64,000 nucleotides of DNA from Candidatus Bathyarchaeia archaeon (GTDB lineage: Archaea; Thermoproteota; Bathyarchaeia; Bathyarchaeales; Bathycorpusculaceae): contig JAVZNE010000003.1 in the NCBI GenBank assembly GCA_038882975.1, positions 32,001 to 96,000 on the forward strand, in the 5' to 3' direction. Made by a program: the position numbers and the translations under genes. How positions within the stretch are numbered: position 1 is the stretch's first letter; the number at the start of each line of letters is the position of its first letter. This document shows positions 57,215 through 64,000 of this stretch, one piece after another. The notes under the pieces were generated by a model. That model was not told the origin of the DNA. It saw nothing but the letters and a program-made list of their open reading frames with translations, and did not search any database.

Positions 57215-57364
57215 TCACTCCTTTGTTATGTGCCTTTGGCTTTGTAGCCAGTCGGGGATTATGACGGCTCTAATTAGTTCTTGAACGGTTATTCCGCGTT
57301 GTTTGGCTATTTGTTCAAGCCTCTTGTAGATTTCTTCGTCTAAGGTTTGCATGAATTTAGGCAT
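57215..57364 (-). CDS. CopG-like ribbon-helix-helix microprotein (absent from ORF track)
   Basis: Hand translation: MPKFMQTLDEEIYKRLEQIAKQRGITVQELIRAVIIPDWLQSQRHITKE*, 49 aa. Confidence 0.8.
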   Translation of the reverse strand: MPKFMQTLDEEIYKRLEQIAKQRGITVQELIRAVIIPDWLQSQRHITKE

Positions 57365-57494
57365 TTTATTCAACCTTACATTGTTGCTTTATTTCTGTGG
57401 ATATCTATTTGATTCTTTAGATATAAACTTTCTCCTTTTTGTTTGCAAAGTTTTTTACGCCTTGCTAATAACAATTATTGGCGAGGGTTGAGTC

Positions 57495-57671
57495 TTGAGT
57501 GAAAGTGTCAAATGTCCAGTGTGTGGCGGTGAGTTTAAGGCTAAGCCGTTGAAAACTTGGAAGTTCAGATTCTATAAGGTTAATCGCTTTGAGTGTGAGA
57601 AATGCAAAGCCAAGTTTAATGTTTATGAGGGGCCGAAGTCAAAGTTTACTATACCTAAGGCTAAGCGTTGA
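57495..57671 (+). CDS. Basic Cys4 zinc-ribbon microprotein, Cren7-like pattern (absent from ORF track)
   Basis: Hand translation: MSESVKCPVCGGEFKAKPLKTWKFRFYKVNRFECEKCKAKFNVYEGPKSKFTIPKAKR*, 58 aa, TTG start. Confidence 0.75.
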   Translation: MSESVKCPVCGGEFKAKPLKTWKFRFYKVNRFECEKCKAKFNVYEGPKSKFTIPKAKR

Positions 57672-57694
57672 TTTGGTTGAAGAGGTTAAGTTCT

Positions 57695-60600
57695 GTGAGT
57701 TGGGAAGCTGAAGTCGAGAGTAAGCTTCATCATTATATTTTTAGTGTTTTGGAGAAGAGGGGCTTTACTGTTGATGGTGTTAGGTTTGATGAGCCTAAGA
57801 CGCAGTTTCCTGTTAATGGGCGTAGGGCTGATTTGGCGGTTATTTTGGCTGAGGGCAAAAAGCCGCTTTTGATTATTGAGACTAAGCGGAAGTATGAAGA
57901 GAAGGGCTATTACAGGGCTGTTCGCAACATCATGCCCACGAGCCGCGTGGTTATAGACCAAGCTTTATGGTATGCTATTTATTCTGGCGCGCCCTATTTT
58001 GCAACTACAAACGGCAGGGTTTTCGCTTTATTTAGAAGGCCTGAGGCTGGCGAGAAATTCTCCTTTGATACTCATAGGATTTTGGTTAGAGAGCGTATAA
58101 CAATTAATGAGGAGTTTGCTGAGGAGATTCTTGTTACTGTTGCAAGGCTTTATAGGCAGGTTCCTGTGGCTGTTACTCCGCTTGACTGGTCCTTTATTGT
58201 TGTGCTTAGAGATTTTGTTACATGGCTTTCGGAGGCTATTGAACCATTAATTCGTAAGAAGCTTAAGACTGATGAGGAGTTTAAGACTCAATATGAAAGG
58301 TTTGCGGAAGAGGTTGGCTACAAGCCTGATGCGGCTCAGTTGGCTAAGGAAATGGCTTATGTTTTTATGAATAAAATCGTCTTTTACAAGGTTCTGGAGA
58401 GGCATTTCAAAGAGCTGGGCGAACGTAAGCTTAAGCCCATTACAGCTCCTGATGCTAAAGCCTATTTGGACTTGTTGTATCGTTATTTTGCTAAGGCTGT
58501 TGAGGTTACTGGCGATTTTGAGCCTGTGTTTTACACGGGGATTTATGATGAGATTGAGCTTCCAGACGACCCGTTTGTGCTTGAGGGCATTAACGCGTTT
58601 ATTGAGGATATGGAGCATCATAGGCTTGAGGATTTAGGCTCAGACATTGTGGGCTTCATTTACGAGGAGCTTATCCCAGCGGCTGAGAGGCATGCTCTTG
58701 GACAGTTCTACACTCCACCAGCAATTGCTGAGCTAATTACTAAATGGGCTGTTAGAAGCCCGGACGATAAGGTTCTGGATCCTGGCTGTGGTTCTGGCAC
58801 GTTTTTGGTTAAGGCGTATAAGCGTTTACTTGAGCTAAAAGGTTACAAAGAACCTACTGAAAGGGCGCACAAGGAGATTTTGCGTCAGCTTTACGCCTTT
58901 GATATTAACCCGTTTCCGTTGCATTTGACTGCTTTGAATCTGGCCTCGCGTTATATTAGGGCGCCTTCAACGGAAGTGAACACGATTCATACTGATTTCT
59001 TTAGGGTTGAGGCTGAGCAGACGGTTGTTTCGCCTTACGTCATCAAGACTTTGGCGGGAGAGATAAAGCGTGAAATTGCAATTCCAAAGTTTGACGCTGT
59101 TATTGCTAATCCACCTTACACGCGGTGGACTGAGATTCCAGAAAAAACAAGGGAAGCCATCAAAGATTCTATTGGAAAATTGCTTACAGAGTATAATTTG
59201 ACCGCTCAGGTTCAGAGAGGCGTGGAGCCTGGCATTTACATCCATTTTATAATGCATGCTTTTGACATGCTTAGGGAAGGCGGAAGGCTTGGAATGATTA
59301 TTTCTGACAGTTGGCTTCAAACGGATTATGGCGTTGATTTTGGGCGTTTCCTTTTGGACCATTTTAAGGTTAAGGCTTTAATTGACATTTCAGCCAGAGT
59401 CTTCCCAGTGCCGTTAATTGGCACATGCATCATACTACTTGAAAAGTGTAGCAACAACAAAGAACGCGAAGACAATCAAACAGTTTTCATGTATGTAGAC
59501 ATAGCAGAAAAAGAAGCATTCAAAGTTGATGAAATTTTAGAGGCTATTGAAAAACCAGAAAAATACGAAGAACGCTACATCATCAGAGCTTTAAAGCAAA
59601 AAGAAATACCAAAAGAACAAAAATGGATAAACCTACTATTCGATGCTGAGGCAATCTTAAGCAAGCTTTACAAGAAAACAACTCAAATAAACGAGTTTTT
59701 CGAACCAAGTAGAGGAAACTCATTCTGGTCTGTATGGTCCATAAAGCATGGAAAAAGACCTGACTTAGGTGCCAACGAATTTTTCTACCTGGATGAGAGC
59801 AGAGTTCAACAATATGGCTTAAAAGACTACGTTCATCCTGCATTAATCAGTGCAAGATATGCAAAATACTTTAACTTTACAAGGCAAGATTGGGAGCAAA
59901 TAAAAAAGAAAGGTTCAAGATGCTACGTTTTAATGTGCCATATGCCAAGGGAGAAAGCACCAGAAAACGTCTTAGAATACATTAAATGGGGAGAGAACGA
60001 GTGCCGCACAACAATAAGAGGGACAAGAGGTGGGGGTAAAATCTGTAGTCAAGCTGTATCATGTCAAATGAGACAGAAAGAAAAAGAACACTTTTTCGGA
60101 TGGTATGATTTGGGTGGGGTTGAAAAAACAGCTTTATTTGTTCCGTATTATGCAAGATATGGGCACAGATTCTCTTTGATATCCTTCTCAGCTATGCTTG
60201 ACGCGGATTTCATAGCATTTCTTCCAAAAGTGGATTTTAAGGAAGACGAGATTAAGGCGTTGCTTGCATTTCTTAATTCATCTTTTTCGCGTCTCTACAT
60301 TGAGATTAAGGGAAGAGTGCCTGGAGGATTAGGGCCAATCGCGTTAGAGGTGGGTCAGATTAGAAGTATGCCAGTTTTAGATGCAACACGTTTAAAGAAA
60401 AAAGACTTGCAAATATTGGCTTCACTTTTTGATGAGCTTGAGGCTGAGGCGAGAAGGCTTGGCGGTGCAGACACAGCGGAAAACATTGAAAAACTCTGGG
60501 ACACAGTCATTGAGAAAATAGACATGGAAATAACGAGAATACTCAAACTGCCAAAGGAACTGGCAAAAACCGCAAAAATCATGGCTAAAACAATGATGAA

Positions 60601-60742
60601 GAGAAGGCTTCAAAGGGCAGAAGAAGCCACACCAGAAGCCATAAAAGGCGAAGAAGAACCACGCCTAAAACCACCAAAAAAGCCAGAAAAAACCTCAGAG
60701 GAGGATAAGACTGTTCGGTTAGATAGGTTTATAGAGAGTTGA
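57695..60742 (+). CDS. Type IIG-like fused restriction endonuclease / N6-adenine methyltransferase
   Basis: N-terminal RADL...IIETK and QALWYA nuclease; GQFYTP, VLDPGCGSGTFL and ANPPY; C-terminal TRD region. Confidence 0.9.
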   Translation: MSWEAEVESKLHHYIFSVLEKRGFTVDGVRFDEPKTQFPVNGRRADLAVILAEGKKPLLIIETKRKYEEKGYYRAVRNIMPTSRVVIDQALWYAIYSGAPYFATTNGRVFALFRRPEAGEKFSFDTHRILVRERITINEEFAEEILVTVARLYRQVPVAVTPLDWSFIVVLRDFVTWLSEAIEPLIRKKLKTDEEFKTQYERFAEEVGYKPDAAQLAKEMAYVFMNKIVFYKVLERHFKELGERKLKPITAPDAKAYLDLLYRYFAKAVEVTGDFEPVFYTGIYDEIELPDDPFVLEGINAFIEDMEHHRLEDLGSDIVGFIYEELIPAAERHALGQFYTPPAIAELITKWAVRSPDDKVLDPGCGSGTFLVKAYKRLLELKGYKEPTERAHKEILRQLYAFDINPFPLHLTALNLASRYIRAPSTEVNTIHTDFFRVEAEQTVVSPYVIKTLAGEIKREIAIPKFDAVIANPPYTRWTEIPEKTREAIKDSIGKLLTEYNLTAQVQRGVEPGIYIHFIMHAFDMLREGGRLGMIISDSWLQTDYGVDFGRFLLDHFKVKALIDISARVFPVPLIGTCIILLEKCSNNKEREDNQTVFMYVDIAEKEAFKVDEILEAIEKPEKYEERYIIRALKQKEIPKEQKWINLLFDAEAILSKLYKKTTQINEFFEPSRGNSFWSVWSIKHGKRPDLGANEFFYLDESRVQQYGLKDYVHPALISARYAKYFNFTRQDWEQIKKKGSRCYVLMCHMPREKAPENVLEYIKWGENECRTTIRGTRGGGKICSQAVSCQMRQKEKEHFFGWYDLGGVEKTALFVPYYARYGHRFSLISFSAMLDADFIAFLPKVDFKEDEIKALLAFLNSSFSRLYIEIKGRVPGGLGPIALEVGQIRSMPVLDATRLKKKDLQILASLFDELEAEARRLGGADTAENIEKLWDTVIEKIDMEITRILKLPKELAKTAKIMAKTMMKRRLQRAEEATPEAIKGEEEPRLKPPKKPEKTSEEDKTVRLDRFIES

Positions 60743-60748
60743 GCAAGG

Positions 60749-61543
60749 TTGGGTTTGAAGTATATAATGGTGACTCATTGGGCAAATCATTGGGACAATA
60801 TTCCCAATAATGAAACCTATTTTACTAGAGGTATGCTTAGAAGAGGTATGACCATTGATAAGATTACAGAGAATACCCCCACGATTTTTATAAAGAAAAA
60901 CGAACAAACCAAAAAGCCGGAAAAGGCTTGGGAAGGAAGCGTCTATAGTTTTAAGGTTGAAAAAGATAGAATCCGCTTTAAGGTTAAAATCAATAGAGAA
61001 ATTCCAATACCATCAGAATATATAGGATACCCAGAAGGATGGTATGTCGAAGGCGTAGCTGAAGAACTACCCATTGAAGCCATCAGCTACCCACCATTCT
61101 TCTACATCTTAAACACTACAAACGACTATAACGAGTTCGAAAAATACACCTACAGCTTACTCAAACTATTAGGAATACACCAAATATTCAGATACGAAAA
61201 ACAAAGAGGCCAACCAGATGGCTTTTTCAAATTCGGAAACCTAGCAGTCATATATGATGCAACATTAGAAAGCAACTTCCAAAAAGCAAAGGAAACCCAA
61301 ATTAAAAATTTTGCGAACCTGCTAAAAGCTGGAAGTCTGAAATATATGGAGAGAACAATTGACATTTCCAAGTGCAACAAACAAGTCTGGATCATTACAA
61401 GAGGCATGTTAAGAATACTCGAAAAAATCGACGACATAGCAATAAAAGAAGTGCCGATAGGCGAGATAATAAAGGTATACTCAGAAAGATTGCAAAAAAC
61501 AATGGATGAAACAGAACTCGAAAACAGGCTATTAAATCTCTGA
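60749..61543 (+). CDS. Putative PD-(D/E)XK nuclease with N-terminal beta-rich domain
   Basis: EFEKYTYSLLKLLG...GQPDGFF...IYDAT in the C half (Mrr-like layout). Confidence 0.6.
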   Translation: MGLKYIMVTHWANHWDNIPNNETYFTRGMLRRGMTIDKITENTPTIFIKKNEQTKKPEKAWEGSVYSFKVEKDRIRFKVKINREIPIPSEYIGYPEGWYVEGVAEELPIEAISYPPFFYILNTTNDYNEFEKYTYSLLKLLGIHQIFRYEKQRGQPDGFFKFGNLAVIYDATLESNFQKAKETQIKNFANLLKAGSLKYMERTIDISKCNKQVWIITRGMLRILEKIDDIAIKEVPIGEIIKVYSERLQKTMDETELENRLLNL

Positions 61544-61930
61544 CTAACTCTGACGTTGATTATCTTTGTCTTCTACTATTCGTGGTCTTGTATCAAAATG
61601 TTCAGGAAGATTTTCGGGCTTTTCATAGTGTAGGATAAGGCACGGTTTTGCTTTTCCAAGGTCGATGTGCTCTTTAACACTCTTAAACTTGTAAGGGTTC
61701 CCCGTAGGCTCAACTCTCTGTAATCTTATGCTCCCATCTCTGTCCTTCCAATAAACTATAGGCTCGCCGTCTTTTAGGTCGGTATTGGTCAAAACAACAA
61801 CTGGATATTTTCCCTTAACGTAAGTAACACGTGTTAAAGAACCCATCCGCGTATCATCAACGGTTACAGTCTTAACGACACGGCCTTCCTCAATTAACCT
61901 CTCATAAATCCTTTTAACTTCACTCTCCAA
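61544..61930 (-). CDS. Hypothetical protein
   Basis: 128-aa ORF, TTG start with upstream AGGTGG. Confidence 0.6.
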   Translation of the reverse strand: MESEVKRIYERLIEEGRVVKTVTVDDTRMGSLTRVTYVKGKYPVVVLTNTDLKDGEPIVYWKDRDGSIRLQRVEPTGNPYKFKSVKEHIDLGKAKPCLILHYEKPENLPEHFDTRPRIVEDKDNQRQS

Positions 61931-61997
61931 ATTGCCACCTAAAAATAGTTTAAACTATGACTTAGCTATTTAAGAATGACTGAAAGCCCTTCTAACG

Positions 61998-62205
61998 ATG
62001 GAAATGAACGGGTATAAGACTGAAATTTTGAAGATCATACACGAAAGCGACCAGCCTGTTTGATGTCGAAAAAATCCGCAAAGCCTGCAAAATTGGAAAC
62101 TGGAACACAGCCCTAAAACACTGCCTTGAACTACTCATTGAAGGAAAAATCAGTGGCCAGAAAACCTCCAAAAGCTGGATTTTCTGGAAAGAAGGAGGCG
62201 AATAA
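61998..62205 (+). pseudogene. Small wHTH protein with a 1-nt insertion (or sequencing error)
   Basis: MEMNGYKTEILKIIHESDQPV then TGA; removing one T at 62059-62061 gives DVEKIRKACKIGNWNTALKHCLELLIEGKISGQKTSKSWIFWKEGGE*. Confidence 0.7.
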
Positions 62206-62206
62206 A

Positions 62207-62611
62207 ATGCAACTCCAACGTTTAACAGTAGGCAAGGGGAAAACCTCAAGACCAAGCGAAGCCGAAGAATGGACAAAAGAATACTATGAAATCGAAGTTC
62301 TCATAGATGACCCAGCAGAACTGGAAGTAACAAAGGCTAACCTAACAGGACTAATCGACGGATGGCTATCTAAACCAAAAACAACAACTGCAGAAGACCA
62401 AAAATCGCAAAACATAGACGAATTATTCCCAAAAGATCTGCGGCAACTACTCACTTTTGAGGAAAGAGAAGGATTCTGCATAATAAAGCCCCGCCAATTC
62501 TTAGGCTCAGAAAACTTTGCAAAAATAGCAGACATAGTCAAAGCCAAAGGCGGCGAATACATCTCATCAGGCAAAAACTCCCACTTCCGAATACCAATCA
62601 AAACAAGCTAA
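62207..62611 (+). CDS. Hypothetical protein of the element
   Basis: ATG at 62207 with SD AAGGAGG; in frame with ORF 62126-62611. Confidence 0.7.
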   Translation: MQLQRLTVGKGKTSRPSEAEEWTKEYYEIEVLIDDPAELEVTKANLTGLIDGWLSKPKTTTAEDQKSQNIDELFPKDLRQLLTFEEREGFCIIKPRQFLGSENFAKIADIVKAKGGEYISSGKNSHFRIPIKTS

Positions 62612-62629
62612 ACACGGAGGAAAGCATGG

Positions 62630-64000
62630 ATGCTGAGCCAAACTTCAGTTTCCTCCCAAGGGCAGAGCCACAACACCTCAGCATCCATGCCCTCTAACAG
62701 CACTCAACAAAATAAAAATCTTCCAGCAAAACACGAATTTGACGAATTAGGCTTTCTTAAAAAATTGTTCTGCCCCTATTGCGGTAGCGAAAGCCTAAAA
62801 CCAAGCCACGTAGACGACGTTGGAACAGAATTTTTCAAATGCGAAAAATGCGGAAACTACTGCACCAAACCCCAAACAAAAGAAAGACAAGAACTTGAAC
62901 AAGCCTTAGCTAAGCCGTTAAAACAAGAGCCTGTAGAGTTTCCCGAAAAATATTTTGAAAATGGAAAGTTTGTCCCAAAACTTTTGGCAGAAGAACTCAT
63001 GCAAGAATACCGCTTCATAACAATGAAAGACACAGATGTAGTTTACATTTTTAATGATGGTTTTTACCAGCCTTACGGCGAAATCATAATCAAACAACAA
63101 TGCAAAGCGAGACTTGGCAAGGAATACCGCAAAAACAGAGCCGAAGAAGTAATCGAATACATCAAAGTCTCCACATACGTAGACAGAAAAGAGGAGCCGC
63201 CAAACCTAATCCCCCTTGAAAACGGCGTTTTAGACATAAACACCATGGAGCTTAAACCCTACAGCCCAGAATACATGTTCTTCAACAAAATCCCAGTAAA
63301 ATACGACCCAAACGCTGACTGCCCCAACATAAAAAAAGTTCTTACGCCAAATAACAGCCACAGAAGAGGATGTTCAAATCCTCTTAGAAGTTATCGGCTT
63401 CTGTCTATACCGAGAATACACCATCGCCAAAGCTCTGATGCTTGTAGGCGGAGGCTCAAACGGAAAAAGCACTTTCCTAAACCTTGTAAAAGCATTCATT
63501 GGAAAAGAAAACGTAAGCGGAAGAAGCCTCCAAGATATCGAGGAAAACCGCTTCGCAAAAGCAGACCTACACCACAAACTCGCCAATATCTACGCCGACT
63601 TACCGGACAAAGCCCTCTGGCGGACAGGCACCTTCAAAATGCTAACAGGAAGAGACCTAATAGTGGCAGAGCGCAAATTCCAAAACAGCTTCACCTTCGA
63701 AAACTATGCCAAACTACTGTTTTCAGCTAATAAAGTGCCAGAAGCCTACGACGACACAGACGCCTTCTTCCGCAGATGGCTCATAGTAGTTTTCCCAAAC
63801 CAATTCATAAACGACAAAGCAGACCCATACATACTACAAAAACTCACAACACCTGAAGAACTCAGCGGACTACTAAACCTCATCCTACCAGCATTAAAAA
63901 GGCTCTTGGAAAAGGGACAATTCAGCCACAGCAAAACAACAGAGGAAATCCGCGAAGACTACATAAGAAAAAGCAGCCCAATAGCAGCCTTCGTCATGGA
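62630..64000 (+). pseudogene. D5/P4-type SF3 helicase with N-terminal zinc ribbon; frameshifted, runs off window
   Basis: CPYCG...CEKCG; D5_N motif LIPLENGVLD...YDPNADCP; after the A7 run (63331-63337) the +1 frame gives Walker A GGGSNGKST, LANIYADL, FSANKVP and AFFRRW. Confidence 0.8.

Larger units (their letters stand above)
54497..64000. mobile_element. Integrated element (plasmid- or provirus-like) continuing past the right edge
   Basis: Left boundary at the tRNA fragment; carries R-M, nuclease, RHH/HTH regulators and a D5/P4-type helicase; no housekeeping genes. Confidence 0.8.

Noticed and set aside
62061-62063. Selenocysteine read-through of the TGA in the small wHTH gene
   Set aside because: The in-frame continuation is not protein-like; the sensible continuation is in the shifted frame
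63329-63340. Programmed -1 frameshift at an AAAAAAG slippery-like site
   Set aside because: The helicase continues in the +1 frame, not -1; the ORF-track tail after CPNIKK is out-of-frame sequence
143-63934. Many short ORF-track entries antisense to or nested in recognised genes (e.g. 14107-14613, 17671-18135, 39148-39705)
   Set aside because: Shadow ORFs of well-supported genes with no motifs of their own
1-64000. CRISPR array, cas genes, rRNA genes, IS transposases
   Set aside because: No regularly spaced repeats, rRNA-like stretches or transposase motifs seen by eye

Overview
Archaeal chromosome segment. Gene content (SmAP3-PAC2-tgtA cluster, archaeal CCA enzyme, four-subunit POR, NurA/HerA, PAS histidine kinase plus stand-alone receiver) suggests an anaerobic TACK-lineage archaeon, probably Bathyarchaeia (inference). 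Positions 1-53.3 kb are mostly housekeeping, with tRNA-Gln(CTG) and tRNA-Asn(GTT). From about 53.4 kb the window is mobile DNA: an orphan tyrosine integrase next to tRNA-Asn, then a tRNA-Leu 3'-end fragment (probable att site) bounding an integrated element that runs off the right edge. That element carries an archaeal ATPase, a type IIG-like R-M enzyme, a PD-(D/E)XK nuclease, small DNA-binding proteins and a frameshifted SF3 helicase. The best candidate for an undescribed system is a surface-filament module present twice (16.0-18.8 kb and 28.3-29.5 kb): an unknown paralogous polytopic membrane protein coupled to a secreted TasA/AbpA-like beta-rich subunit. Copy 1 also has a large subunit with the same N-terminal strand motif and an inserted DUF2341-LamG module. 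Other highlights are an unannotated structured minus-strand RNA at about 6.96-7.07 kb, an HTH-decorated KaiC/RecA-ligase-NurA-HerA cluster without adjacent Mre11/Rad50, and five microproteins missed by the ORF track. All calls come from motif recognition by eye; no searches were run.
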